64,000 nucleotides of DNA from a virus (IMGVR_UViG_3300029288_000151:1-64000); one strand, 5' to 3'; numbered from the stretch's first letter, positions 10,004 to 20,649 are shown. Program-made: numbers and translations. The notes: generated by a model not told the origin, from the letters alone.

Positions 10004-13000
10004 TTAAAAAGAAGAAATTAAAACTTTTACTACCTTATTCCCCTCCATACACAAAACGTAAGACACTTCAATCTTATCTGCGTCCTCAGGACAGACCCCA
10101 ATGTCCGCGAAACTAATAGCCGCCGCATCTAAAATTAATTGACCCGGAGCCGTTAAAGTTATATCATCAGCCGCTGTTAAAACAATATCATCTCCTGCTG
10201 TTAATGCAATACTATAATCACCAGAAAGAGCAAAATGTCCATGACTATCAAGAGTAATTCCTTGGGCAGAAGAACTTATTGTTACTCCTTGTACTCCGTC
10301 TAAAGAGATAGTCCCAATAGAAGAAGTCATTATAATATTGTAGGCTGTCGCTATCTCTAACCCACCGACAGTAGATGTTATTGATATTGCATTATAAGAA
10401 GTTAGAGAGAAAGAAGTTCCAAATTCTTTTCCTGCGTTTATCGTAACCGCATTAGCAGTAGACGTGATCGCCACTTCGCCCATGGCTGAGACGAACTCAA
10501 GACCGGCATAACCAGTTAACGAGACAGAGGAAAAGGAGGAGGCAAGAGCAATTTCCCCTAAGGTGGTGCCATGGATACCATATACCGCTCCTACTTGTAA
10601 TACGGCCCCAGTAGAAGAAGAACCTAACCCAGAAGTATCTCTCGTAGAAAACTGGAAATAACTACCACCTTCTGTCGTTGTCTGTGGAATATAATACATC
10701 CCAACTGGATACTGGTCAGCATCAACACCATTCATCCAGTCTTCACCAAGCTCATGCCAAGAAGTAGCTTTCCCGTCTCCTTGCTGAGAGAAGAAGATTG
10801 CATTCGAATAAACGTTAAAGAAGTCAGCACCAGCGATAGCAGGACTAATGAAATACTGATCAAATTCTTGCGCGGGAACAGTACAAACAGCAGCAGATCC
10901 TGTTTCTGATACCATTGAAGGGTTAGTAATCGTTACTAGTATGTGTGTCGCATCAACCCATGCTGGCTCTGCTGAGATTGCGAAAGTTCCATTATTAGCA
11001 GAATTAGTTGCGCCAGTTATAGTCACATTCCTGCCATTTTGGAAATAAGGACAATGTGTAGTTATAAGGATCTTCTGCGTTGCAGAATAAAATGTTGAGA
11101 CTGCATAAGAAGGAGTTGTTGCTATTGTCCCTGTAATATCTGCCGATAAACTATCTGCTCCATTGATGGCCGAAGAATTCCTAGAAGCAGCGCGGAATCT
11201 AAACTCTCTAATCTGATCTGGACTTAATCTATAGTCAAGCTCAGGAGTAATAATCAATGGGACATAATAATAATTAGCGTCCTGCCCTACAAAGGCAGGC
11301 GAATTTGAATACTCATGATCTGTATCTCTTATTGCTTCACAAAGCTTTATACAGTTAGCTTCCGAATTCCTGCCAAAATCAAACCCTAATGTTGCTCCAG
11401 CATAATCAGAAGAACTGTCCGCACCCCTAAGATAAAAAGACGAGAACTCCCATGGTTCATGAACAAGAGCCCCAAAAGCCAATACAGAGGGACCAGAAGT
11501 CGTAAAACAATTAAAAGGATTTACAATCCGATCGGCCGCGCTAGAAGTAGTCCAAGTATCAATCCCATAACCGCCATCAAACCGTAGATTTGAGCCAGAA
11601 GTCCAGCCAAAACATAACCCATAAGTAGACGTATAATTTCCTGAAACAGAAGTATGTCCAGAAGCGAAGGCATAGTCGTCTTCTCTCGAAAACCCAATGT
11701 CTCCGCGCATTGCATTACCAGTATTACCTTCGAGGTCATCTCCTAAATATCCAGAACGATGGAGATACTGCGGATGACAATTCGTACTATATAAGGATTC
11801 TCTAAAAGAGAACAACCCTGATGTATCTGTAGTATCTGTACTAACGAAACGGTCAACAAGCGCAGAATGCGAGAGCATCGGGGTATACATCAGATTTTTT
11901 CTGACAAAAGCGCCATCAGTCAGACCAACATGATGGTTATCTCTTACTACAGAGGAAAGGTAAGCAACCTGTTCGGCCAAACTAGACCCAGTAATTAGAA
12001 GACGATAACCAGAAGTATTCGTCTCATAAGGAACAACTATGTCTACTCCCGTCAATTGAGGGCAAACAACGTTGAGAGTATGCTCGTCTACATATTCAAA
12101 TTCAGTTAGTGCAACAATCGTCCCCGCAACATTGTTCCATAAATAACAGAATCCTTCAGGGATGATCTCCCCTGCACTAACTCCAAGCGTACTAGTGATA
12201 GAGTATGGAAGATGGTAATAACTTCCTATCCCCGCAATACCAGGATGATAAACATAATAAGTTTCATCTCCGCGAAGAACAGTCCCATAACTATCTTCTG
12301 CACTTGCATGACCAGGGGCAGAAGCAATTTGTGGCATATCAACACGATAGGTATAAGACCCACCAGAAGAAGAAACATAAGTTATACTAACCCCAGCCGT
12401 TGTCCCCTCTGACCACGAAGGGATAACATTCTGGTACGCCCACTGTGGCCCAGTGCCAAACATAGACAAATCTTCAATCTTAATATACGCCGTTGAAGAG
12501 AGAACAGAATATAAATAAATTATCCCTCCGGCATAATCTATAGAATAATCTCCGTCCTCGTTCATTTCAAAAGCATTTGTTTTGGAAGTACCGAAATCAG
12601 GATGGGGGGTATTCCCATCTTCTGCTGTAAAAAAAGTTACAGTACTAATAGAAAGGTTTTGAATAGCTGCGACTCCACTATCCGGAGCAACAACCGAGAG
12701 TCTCTTTATTAACGGAAAGCCAAGATTATAACAATTTCTTCCCGACGCAAGACGGATCCAGTAAGGATCATCCGTATCTTCGTTTAGTCCGCCGCCAATA
12801 GGAGAGACATAATCAGAGGGACCAATGATTCGAGCAAGACTTACTTGTGCTAATTTCTCTGGGCTAAGAGTGTAAGCCTCATCCTCTGTCGTGGTATGAA
12901 CTTGATAATCCCAAGGATCTCCAATAGCAAGAGTCACTCGATTAAGAGCAGCATCCTCAAGGTTTATCCATTTGGTAAGTTTTGTAGCGCTAGGCTGCTC

Positions 13001-13060
13001 GCCATTCTTAAAATCGAATACGATAGGGAAAACGTCTTGCATTCTATCTGAAGTGCTCAA
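10004..13060 (-). CDS. Tail fibre/spike-like protein
   Basis: 1018 aa, TTG start with AGGAGG RBS. The C-terminal ~170 aa are short Ser/Thr/Ala/Ile repeats (beta-helix-like). Contains the motif GRNVTITGATNSANNGTF seen in phage tail proteins. Confidence 0.55.
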   Translation of the reverse strand: MSTSDRMQDVFPIVFDFKNGEQPSATKLTKWINLEDAALNRVTLAIGDPWDYQVHTTTEDEAYTLSPEKLAQVSLARIIGPSDYVSPIGGGLNEDTDDPYWIRLASGRNCYNLGFPLIKRLSVVAPDSGVAAIQNLSISTVTFFTAEDGNTPHPDFGTSKTNAFEMNEDGDYSIDYAGGIIYLYSVLSSTAYIKIEDLSMFGTGPQWAYQNVIPSWSEGTTAGVSITYVSSSGGSYTYRVDMPQIASAPGHASAEDSYGTVLRGDETYYVYHPGIAGIGSYYHLPYSITSTLGVSAGEIIPEGFCYLWNNVAGTIVALTEFEYVDEHTLNVVCPQLTGVDIVVPYETNTSGYRLLITGSSLAEQVAYLSSVVRDNHHVGLTDGAFVRKNLMYTPMLSHSALVDRFVSTDTTDTSGLFSFRESLYSTNCHPQYLHRSGYLGDDLEGNTGNAMRGDIGFSREDDYAFASGHTSVSGNYTSTYGLCFGWTSGSNLRFDGGYGIDTWTTSSAADRIVNPFNCFTTSGPSVLAFGALVHEPWEFSSFYLRGADSSSDYAGATLGFDFGRNSEANCIKLCEAIRDTDHEYSNSPAFVGQDANYYYVPLIITPELDYRLSPDQIREFRFRAASRNSSAINGADSLSADITGTIATTPSYAVSTFYSATQKILITTHCPYFQNGRNVTITGATNSANNGTFAISAEPAWVDATHILVTITNPSMVSETGSAAVCTVPAQEFDQYFISPAIAGADFFNVYSNAIFFSQQGDGKATSWHELGEDWMNGVDADQYPVGMYYIPQTTTEGGSYFQFSTRDTSGLGSSSTGAVLQVGAVYGIHGTTLGEIALASSFSSVSLTGYAGLEFVSAMGEVAITSTANAVTINAGKEFGTSFSLTSYNAISITSTVGGLEIATAYNIIMTSSIGTISLDGVQGVTISSSAQGITLDSHGHFALSGDYSIALTAGDDIVLTAADDITLTAPGQLILDAAAISFADIGVCPEDADKIEVSYVLCMEGNKVVKVLISSF

Positions 13061-13069
13061 AGCAACCTC

Positions 13070-15343
13070 CTAAGAACCAACAGAGAATTTAAAAGAAATA
13101 CTGGATTCCATTATGCTAGCCCAATATCCAGTCTTCTGATAATCTTCAAAGAAATCGGCAACTCCATTATCGTTGGAATCTGTTATAAAGTCTATTATAT
13201 TATAAGGACCGCTTGTTGGGTTAATGCAAAGGAACGTTGCTCCATTCAATCCAGCAGCATAATTATTGTCGTCGCCCTGTGTTAACTTCCAGCCAAAGGG
13301 AATCTTGTATAACTGTTCTGTAACATATTCCCCAAGGAGATAACGAGGAAGCATAATCTTTGCTTTTATAGTATTACTATAAATTATTCTATTATAGTAT
13401 TCGCTCCAACAAGAAGCCTGGAACTCTATATACTTAGAAGAGACGACCCAATAAGCTCCAATGTCGTCAAAATACGGAGGATAAGCTGCTGGATAATATG
13501 GATTTGATGGCAGTAAAGCACCAGAGGGATACGTCAATTGACCGCCATTAGTATCGATAGATACTGGCCTAGTAGGGACATAAGCGCCTGAAGTCCCCAA
13601 TACTGGGTTGATTGCGTCGCTATCCCATTGATATATAACTACTTTTCTCCCATTGGGATGCGGGCTAATGGCCCATGATTCTAAATCATAAGTTTGAATC
13701 ATCTCTTCTTTCCAGCGTTCATAGTCTGCATCTGTCCCATAGGTCACCCAAGAAGGAGGCTCTGGTAAAAAGTCATCAAGATTAGTGGCTCCCAATAAAG
13801 GATCGTCTTTCAAAATTTTATATAAGTAAATATCATCGGCGACAGTAAGTCCTGCAGTGGTATTGTCTAGATATAGGGTGTCTCCATGAACACAAGATGC
13901 CGCAGTCGCATAATAACCCATTGAGTCTGCATCAACAGGAGGCTGGTAATAAGTATACGCTATCCCCTCTCCATTCGTAACAGAGTATGCTATGCCAATA
14001 GAGGATCCCCCTAAGAACCCAAGCGTTGATGGCTGGGAAGAGAAGGTTATCTCTACGTTTGGGACAACTGTGCCCGTCGCAGAAGTCACTGTAGCTTGTA
14101 ATGTTGCCCAATCAGCTCCAACATATATTGGCCCATAGACAAGAGGATTAATAAAAGGAATCGCTTCTTTTGCGATAGAAAGTTCTATCTTCGCAACCTC
14201 AATCTCTTCATGAGTTATACAAACAAACCCCTCATTAAGGGACTGGACAGTAGGACTTACATTAGCGTCCAGGGCATGGATCTGAGTAGACAGAGCTTCC
14301 TCTTCATATTCTACTCTTAATGTAACGTCGTAAGTAGCAACGATATAGTATCCATCCGTAGGGATCCCCGTTATAAGGCCGCCAAAGATAATTCGCCCAA
14401 GATCCTTATCCAGGAAATAATTAAAGGTTCCGCTTGGATCAGAGGTATAAGAGAAAAGCTCCCAGAATGTTTCTGTGCGAGTACACTCTGTCCATGTTTG
14501 GGTGCTCGTATCTACGGCATAAACCTTTATAGAACTTGTGACGACAGGGAATCTCTTTAAGAAGAATACTTGCCATTCAGTATAATCAGACACACCAAGA
14601 ATATCACCAGAACCCAAGTCTCCATAATAGGTTGGCTCAACTCCTATAGTATATGTGTAATCTGCATTCGCTCTTAAGGCGATCGTTCCGAAAGTACTAG
14701 TATCGACGACAAACTCTTTCTTCGTCGTATCGATATTGTCCCAAAGAATCTGTTTTCCTGCAGATGTTGTTGTATTAAGTTGTTCCCCGTCTTCCCATCT
14801 TCCCGTAAAGGAACCTACCTGGCTTAGCCTTACGTCATAACTGATAGCCTTGGTCTCAGGATCTCTTTTATAAGAAGCGGCTGTAATTGGCTTTCCTGGC
14901 TCTATGGAAGAATCCAATACCATATAATTGCGCCCATCGACATTAAGAGAAGGGTCTATGGTCTGAATCCTGCTATTGTCTCCATAATAAAAGTAATCGG
15001 TGCCATGTCTAAAATACCAACCATCATTGATTTCAGGGATCCAATGTCTTTCGTGATTAACAAAAAACTCATCAATATCAACGACTTCTAAGTCTACCTT
15101 AGTATCTCCAACTCCACTATCAAAGTATTCGGCCTCTTGTAGCTTCTGCCTAGAAGCATTTGCAAGCCTAGGCAAAGAAGGAAGAAGAAGATCGAACGGA
15201 CTAGCCCATCTCTTGATATCGTATTCCCAACCAGAGGGGATGTCTGTTAGGTGCTCAAACCCCACATAAGGGTCCGCTGTGGCGATTACATAAACCGTCT
15301 GAGAGGTAGAGAATCGAATGCTTTGTCTGGTTAGATTGCCCAC
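13070..15343 (-). CDS. Baseplate protein with Big_1 (invasin/intimin-type Ig) domain
   Basis: 757 aa, GTG start. ATLQATVTSATGTVVPNVEITF...TNGEGIAYT matches the Big_1 pattern. Confidence 0.6.
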   Translation of the reverse strand: MGNLTRQSIRFSTSQTVYVIATADPYVGFEHLTDIPSGWEYDIKRWASPFDLLLPSLPRLANASRQKLQEAEYFDSGVGDTKVDLEVVDIDEFFVNHERHWIPEINDGWYFRHGTDYFYYGDNSRIQTIDPSLNVDGRNYMVLDSSIEPGKPITAASYKRDPETKAISYDVRLSQVGSFTGRWEDGEQLNTTTSAGKQILWDNIDTTKKEFVVDTSTFGTIALRANADYTYTIGVEPTYYGDLGSGDILGVSDYTEWQVFFLKRFPVVTSSIKVYAVDTSTQTWTECTRTETFWELFSYTSDPSGTFNYFLDKDLGRIIFGGLITGIPTDGYYIVATYDVTLRVEYEEEALSTQIHALDANVSPTVQSLNEGFVCITHEEIEVAKIELSIAKEAIPFINPLVYGPIYVGADWATLQATVTSATGTVVPNVEITFSSQPSTLGFLGGSSIGIAYSVTNGEGIAYTYYQPPVDADSMGYYATAASCVHGDTLYLDNTTAGLTVADDIYLYKILKDDPLLGATNLDDFLPEPPSWVTYGTDADYERWKEEMIQTYDLESWAISPHPNGRKVVIYQWDSDAINPVLGTSGAYVPTRPVSIDTNGGQLTYPSGALLPSNPYYPAAYPPYFDDIGAYWVVSSKYIEFQASCWSEYYNRIIYSNTIKAKIMLPRYLLGEYVTEQLYKIPFGWKLTQGDDNNYAAGLNGATFLCINPTSGPYNIIDFITDSNDNGVADFFEDYQKTGYWASIMESSISFKFSVGS

Positions 15344-16315
15344 TTAAGCCCCCCAGAATACCTTTGTGTCTTTATAAAGCTGGTGGATAATCTCAGAACC
15401 TTCAGCATTAGGAAGAGCATTAACTTCTTCTCCAGACTCAAGAACTTCTTGCGCGAAAAGCTTTTTGGTAAAGTTTTCGTCTTGAAGACTATAAAGCTGA
15501 ACAAGAGAAGCATAAACCGTATAAGGAAACTCTCCATAGGTGTACCCAAAACGACCTGTGCCACTTGGAATATCATAAGAGACTAGATAACCATTATAGT
15601 AGTCAATTGAATATTCTCCCGGATTCTCTGGCTCTCCCGCGACCTCTGTTACAAAAACGTTCTTCTCAGAGAACCAAAAACTTCCTTCATGAGTTCTTGG
15701 CCGAGTGCCCCATTCTGTATCCTTAAGCCTTGTTTGCTGATCCGCCCATGCGACTTCTTGATCTTCTCTTCTGTGTGTATTCCCGCGAACGAGACAAGTG
15801 CTTAATAGGTTTGGTCGAACACCAGAAACAAGCGAAGCAGTAAAGTATTCAGAAGTATTGATTTCGTTAATCAAATCGCTAAGATAGTAACAATCAGTTC
15901 CTAAGTCATAGATGTTTATCGTCTTATCAATCTCATAGTCTTCAGACGAATTCCATTCTTTATAAAGAATGACCTCGCTTGCTAGAATATCAACTCTAGG
16001 ATTAGTAGCTAGTGGCTCTCCGTCACTACCTAAAACAAGATCAATTGTTATCGCTTTGAACTTGGAAAGGCCGAGTTCTCTAGCAAGATTATTAATAAAT
16101 CCTTCGTAAGTAGGAGACCCTCTATTGACAGTAACATCTAGCATGCGCTGACGGAAAGAAGCATTTCCCTCTTCCGGTAATCGATCTAAAGTGAGAAGAT
16201 CTCCATGCTCATCAAATCGATTAACAATGTTCTGTCGCTCAGGAACAAGCTCAACTTTGCCTACACTAGTTACAGTAAAAGCAAAACTTATTCCTGCAAT
16301 AGAATATTCACTCAT
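15344..16315 (-). CDS. Baseplate wedge subunit (P2 gpI-like N-terminal motif)
   Basis: LDRLPEEGNASFRQRML...GSPTYEGFINNL resembles the 'L-x-R-L-x-G-E-x-D-x-x-Y-R-x-R' motif of baseplate wedge proteins. Confidence 0.5.
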   Translation of the reverse strand: MSEYSIAGISFAFTVTSVGKVELVPERQNIVNRFDEHGDLLTLDRLPEEGNASFRQRMLDVTVNRGSPTYEGFINNLARELGLSKFKAITIDLVLGSDGEPLATNPRVDILASEVILYKEWNSSEDYEIDKTINIYDLGTDCYYLSDLINEINTSEYFTASLVSGVRPNLLSTCLVRGNTHRREDQEVAWADQQTRLKDTEWGTRPRTHEGSFWFSEKNVFVTEVAGEPENPGEYSIDYYNGYLVSYDIPSGTGRFGYTYGEFPYTVYASLVQLYSLQDENFTKKLFAQEVLESGEEVNALPNAEGSEIIHQLYKDTKVFWGA

Positions 16316-17946
16316 GGCTCAACCGTTATCCGGGGGTATTCTTCCCTGGTCCAAATTACTTTTTTGGCATAATCTGCAATAAAATAATCATGATACAAGA
16401 TAGCCTTCATCACCGAAGTCCCATTATAAAACCAAAGGTCTCCATCAGAATCTATTTTAATATCTCTACAGCCCTTTAGTTCGTCAGGTAGAACAAACTG
16501 TACTTCTGGCAAAACAGAGGGAACAAACAAAATAAGCTTTGCCTTGCGAGTAATATATGTATCGTCAAGTTCTTTATACTTTGTTTCAATTTCTAACGTA
16601 TAGGCTCCAAGTTCACTCATCGATATCTCTATACGTTGTTCGTCCCATGAAGTTTCTGGGCTCGTTATCCAGCCATCAGCCTCTGTTATCGGCCAAAGAG
16701 AACCGTCAAGACCAATATAATATTTTGATCCAGAGGGAGTATATAGGAGAAAACGGTAGCAAATCGGGATATTGCCAACGTCTAAAATTCTGGTCGTAAC
16801 CGTCGCTGTCTCCCCTCGGGAATAAATCCATTGAGAATCATCTGTCGTCAAGGCCATGCGGACATCAGCACTTTGATCTGCCGTATTCTCAAGCTCTGGA
16901 TAAGGAACATTCCTATCATAAACATATAAGCTATTGGCATCAATAAGATAAATTAGATCCGAATATGGCTTACACAGAAACGCCTCGGCTGTAATGTTCA
17001 GGCTGTCCTGGTCAAGAAGCTCAATAGCATAGTCTCTTCGGGTGTCGTCTAATCCCATGCGAATTAGTTCCATGTCCGCGTTAAGGAAGGAGCGGCCGAC
17101 TAATATGCTCCCGTAATCATTCTCCTCTAGTCCAAGGAACTGAATTCTATCTCCGCCATCTATTGGCACGGCAGTATTCCATTGGTCCACAATCGGATCT
17201 TCTGAAAACGGCAAACAAGAAATAACTACTTTTGCATTCCCGTCCACATGGCTAACGAAGACTTCCTCTACACTACTCCATTGATTTATAGTCTTGAACG
17301 TCCCATTGTAACGCAATGGTAAAGTCTCTGTTATGTACGTTCCCTTCCGCGAATAACCAATGATTGTGATTTTGGTAAAGTAATAGGTATCCTTAAACCT
17401 AGTTTTCCATATCGTATTACTCATCAAAGTCACATAGAGATGACCTTCTAAAACAAGCTCTTCTGGTTCTACCGAAGAGATCTCTGAAACAGTTGTTTCA
17501 CTTATGACATCGTCCCATATCTTTTGGACATCGCCATAGACAATTCTCGTTGGCAAACAATCGTAATAAAAAGTCTCAATATTATTGTCTTCGGCGATTG
17601 CTATCTCTGTAAGGACATCATTGATTTCTACACACACTGTTGGCGGAGCATAAACAATCGCTCCATCTACTGTTTCCGTCTCCCCAAACGAGAATCCGGC
17701 TGGAAGTTCTGAAGAATAAGCATGATCCATTAATAATGGATTGCAGTCTGACAAGTGCATATTCCGAGCTTCTTCGGCCAATTGCTGCTCTGTCTTCTGA
17801 ATCTCTAGCGCCCCTACGTTTATTATCTGTTGGGCGACAGAAACAGGGCAAGATCTCGCATGAGTCCATGGCGCAAATTGGTTCGCTATTCTTTGCGTAA
17901 TCCAACTGCGACGGTAACGACGAGATGGCCGATCTTCTAGTGTCAT
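16312..17946 (-). CDS. Baseplate structural protein
   Basis: 544-aa ORF between baseplate J and the wedge gene; ATGA overlaps at both ends. Confidence 0.55.
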   Translation of the reverse strand: MTLEDRPSRRYRRSWITQRIANQFAPWTHARSCPVSVAQQIINVGALEIQKTEQQLAEEARNMHLSDCNPLLMDHAYSSELPAGFSFGETETVDGAIVYAPPTVCVEINDVLTEIAIAEDNNIETFYYDCLPTRIVYGDVQKIWDDVISETTVSEISSVEPEELVLEGHLYVTLMSNTIWKTRFKDTYYFTKITIIGYSRKGTYITETLPLRYNGTFKTINQWSSVEEVFVSHVDGNAKVVISCLPFSEDPIVDQWNTAVPIDGGDRIQFLGLEENDYGSILVGRSFLNADMELIRMGLDDTRRDYAIELLDQDSLNITAEAFLCKPYSDLIYLIDANSLYVYDRNVPYPELENTADQSADVRMALTTDDSQWIYSRGETATVTTRILDVGNIPICYRFLLYTPSGSKYYIGLDGSLWPITEADGWITSPETSWDEQRIEISMSELGAYTLEIETKYKELDDTYITRKAKLILFVPSVLPEVQFVLPDELKGCRDIKIDSDGDLWFYNGTSVMKAILYHDYFIADYAKKVIWTREEYPRITVEP

Positions 17947-18167
17947 TCTTTCTCTTTGGGATAAACTATTGTTCCATCAGTATCGATATTAACATCTCCA
18001 TATTTAGTCATTAAACGGCCGAGGAGATCTTTCATATCGCTATCTAAGTTCTTGAACTTAGTCTCATTAATCTGGATTTCAAGTTTGGTTGCCTTAAGCC
18101 CCCACTGCAAAGCTCGAAGTTCCCACAACTCTGCTTCTGTAACCTTAACCGCTCTAGTTTCTTCCAT
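17943..18167 (-). CDS. Small coiled-coil hypothetical protein
   Basis: 74 aa, GGAG RBS, heptad-like L/I pattern. Confidence 0.65.
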   Translation of the reverse strand: MEETRAVKVTEAELWELRALQWGLKATKLEIQINETKFKNLDSDMKDLLGRLMTKYGDVNIDTDGTIVYPKEKE

Positions 18168-18179
18168 GAGAAATCTCCA

Positions 18180-19442
18180 TTATAGGAATTTAATACCCCT
18201 ATATCTAGTACTGGTTTCCAGCATAATTCTTTCATTGTATAAAGGTTCTACTACATCTCCAACGACAAGCGAGCGTCTAACACCAAAATCATTTGCTGCT
18301 GAACGATAAGCGTATACTTCTTCAAAGTATCCGGAGCGAGCGACGCCGATGGTTAGGATCTTTGAACTACAACGAGCAACCAATGAGGCTAGATCAGTAA
18401 GAGACAATGAAGCTCCAATCTCCATGGCGTTAAGACTGTTCTCGATCACTTGTCTAATAAGAGCATACCCTGCTGACTGTTGTGTCGAAGTAGTATCTGA
18501 CTTCCAATTAACAGCGATCTCAAACTCAAGACCTAATGGCTGAGGCGCAAGGACAAATGGTTTTGTGCCGAAAGCATTTACCTGCTCTACTACTGCCTGA
18601 ACTTGAGCGAGCATCCCTGGGCTGGTTGTCGAAGTAAGAGAACGGACGTAGAGCGAAAACGTTCCTGGTCCCTGCTCATAATTTACTTCTTTGATATTGG
18701 CCACGCCTGGTACACTGAGAGCAGCCAACCTAACCGCTAGCTTGTTCCCTCTTTCCCGCGCCTTAAAAGCATTCATAAGCCTGTAGCGGTAGGCTTCATC
18801 TGACTCTCTCTCTCGGCCATTGGAAATAGCATATCGGTTAGTGCACTTAAGAAGACTCTGGCTGGACAAGGCATAATTTGAGAAGTTGTGGACGGTAAGA
18901 ACACTACGAGGAACGTCTGAGACAGATCCTTCTACCCGAGCACGAATATTTCCATAAGCTAGAGACTGGTCTGCAGAACAGATAATATCTGTTAACAAAT
19001 CAAACTCTATCTTTGTTTGCTGATCTTCTGAATATACATAACCATAAGTTGGAGTCTCAAGCTCTATATCGGCCGTACTAATCACACTACCAGAAGAGAC
19101 AATAAAATCAAGACCACTATTGATATCTCCAAACGTTCCGCTGTCGACGTAAAAACAGAAATTATTACCATCAGTATCGGCAGTAGCATTGGTGGCATTG
19201 TATCGGGGAATATTGAGCATATCCCCAAAGAAATCCAGGAATCTTCCTTCGGCCCAACGGATGTATGCGTTTGCTAGATTCTCGTCAAACAAAGAATACT
19301 GGTTTGCCTGCTCTTTATAAACCGCATCAAGCAATAGCCGGGCCTTGGCTCCTGGAACCAACTGAGTAATATTACTATATTGTTTCAGGTGCTGAAGCCC
19401 ATCAGCCACCATATCGTCATAAGATCTTGAAAAGAATGGCAT
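18180..19442 (-). CDS. Baseplate J-like protein
   Basis: 420 aa. Hallmarks: WAEGRFLDFFGDMLNIPR, NGRERESDEAYRYR, AALSVPGV. Confidence 0.85.
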   Translation of the reverse strand: MPFFSRSYDDMVADGLQHLKQYSNITQLVPGAKARLLLDAVYKEQANQYSLFDENLANAYIRWAEGRFLDFFGDMLNIPRYNATNATADTDGNNFCFYVDSGTFGDINSGLDFIVSSGSVISTADIELETPTYGYVYSEDQQTKIEFDLLTDIICSADQSLAYGNIRARVEGSVSDVPRSVLTVHNFSNYALSSQSLLKCTNRYAISNGRERESDEAYRYRLMNAFKARERGNKLAVRLAALSVPGVANIKEVNYEQGPGTFSLYVRSLTSTTSPGMLAQVQAVVEQVNAFGTKPFVLAPQPLGLEFEIAVNWKSDTTSTQQSAGYALIRQVIENSLNAMEIGASLSLTDLASLVARCSSKILTIGVARSGYFEEVYAYRSAANDFGVRRSLVVGDVVEPLYNERIMLETSTRYRGIKFL

Positions 19443-19450
19443 TTGTTTCC

Positions 19451-19888
19451 TTACAGGATATGAAGATTGTCGTCTTGATAATTATAAACTATATCAATCT
19501 TCAATGAATTGCAGGTTCTATTCTCCGCCGTCGCCATCGTCTTTATCTTTAATCTATATAATATCGTCTTTTCGTCTAATGGCATATAAGAGATATCAAT
19601 ATCATTCGAAGCAAGAAGTCCATATTGAGCGAGAGCAGCAGTGATCTTAGCCTTCCCAGATTCAGCAGTAATCTTGTTATTTGGCTCGCCAACCAAGTCT
19701 GGTAAGTTTGCTCCAATATCAGGATAAACCTTCCAGTCCCCTTGAGAGCTTTGTATTCTTGTTCGGACTTCCTGGACTAAAGACCTTAAGGCGTCTGTCG
19801 ACGTATCAAGGAGATCGCCCTCGTTACCAAGAACAAAGTCTCCGTGGCGACCCCAATACAGATCTATCTTGTCGTAGTTTCTAGCCAA
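19451..19888 (-). CDS. gp25/W-like baseplate wedge protein (sheath initiator)
   Basis: LVQEVRTRIQSSQGDWKVYPDIGANL matches the gp25/DUF2634-type 'L-x-T-x-x-G-E/D-x-x-x-x-P-x-x-G' pattern. The probable start is TTG at 19888 (track gives 19906). Sits directly upstream of baseplate J. Confidence 0.75.
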   Translation of the reverse strand: MARNYDKIDLYWGRHGDFVLGNEGDLLDTSTDALRSLVQEVRTRIQSSQGDWKVYPDIGANLPDLVGEPNNKITAESGKAKITAALAQYGLLASNDIDISYMPLDEKTILYRLKIKTMATAENRTCNSLKIDIVYNYQDDNLHIL

Positions 19889-20219
19889 TTGCCACCAACA
19901 TCCCATATAGAGCGGCCATTTGAGCTGCTCCCTTCATAATGTTTTCGAGCGTTTTAATTGGTGGGTCTACGTTTAAAACAGCCTGAGGAGTACCCAAAGT
20001 AGACGGAATCATTAGGTTATAAGCATTATTCATCGTCCATAGCCCGGCCATCCTAATGTTCTGAGTCTGGCTCAAAAAGCTCATTGGCCCACTAAGGTAA
20101 GTACCAAGAGCATCACACATCAGATAGTTCTGCTTTGACCCATGGATACGAGCAACCTCATCTCCTACGACAATCCCAGCAGGAGAATTGATATTCGCTT
20201 TAAATGTTTTAGTCGGCAT
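19881..20219 (-). CDS. Putative central spike C-terminal/tip-associated protein
   Basis: 112 aa; lies between the OB-fold spike gene and the gp25-like gene. Confidence 0.4.
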   Translation of the reverse strand: MPTKTFKANINSPAGIVVGDEVARIHGSKQNYLMCDALGTYLSGPMSFLSQTQNIRMAGLWTMNNAYNLMIPSTLGTPQAVLNVDPPIKTLENIMKGAAQMAALYGMLVAIG

Positions 20220-20235
20220 AAAATCCTCGTATTAA

Positions 20236-20649
20236 TTATACAATTCGGAGACCACTAATCTCTACATCTGGCTCATAATTTAAAGTATCTACCTGTCTAT
20301 CTGCGACAATAACAGCTAACCCATTTCCAGTGACGCCCGTCTGAGTTTCTATCTTACAACGATAATTCCCAATTAGATCATCTAGACTTGAACCATAACA
20401 CATCGCGATCATCAACGGGTGATCCTGCAAAGGAATCCATTTTGATTCCTGACCAGTATCTTCATATCGAACTTTAACAAATGGCGTATTATCTGCTCCC
20501 CCACGCTTGCGAATTGCTGTAATTGTCCCATATCGGTAAGAGTGCTTTCTGTTTGATTGAGACGAAGCAGCCTGCTGCTCAGAACGTTTTCTGGAAACTC
20601 CACCTGGAGTCTGTGGCGAACCTGTTGCCGGAGCTGGATTATAACCCAT
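20236..20649 (-). CDS. Putative baseplate spike N-terminal OB-fold (gp5/gpV-like)
   Basis: RYGTITAI...VKVRYEDTGQESKWIPL matches the gpV/gp5 OB pattern (G-x-V...V-x-V...S-x-W-I-P). Confidence 0.55.
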   Translation of the reverse strand: MGYNPAPATGSPQTPGGVSRKRSEQQAASSQSNRKHSYRYGTITAIRKRGGADNTPFVKVRYEDTGQESKWIPLQDHPLMIAMCYGSSLDDLIGNYRCKIETQTGVTGNGLAVIVADRQVDTLNYEPDVEISGLRIV

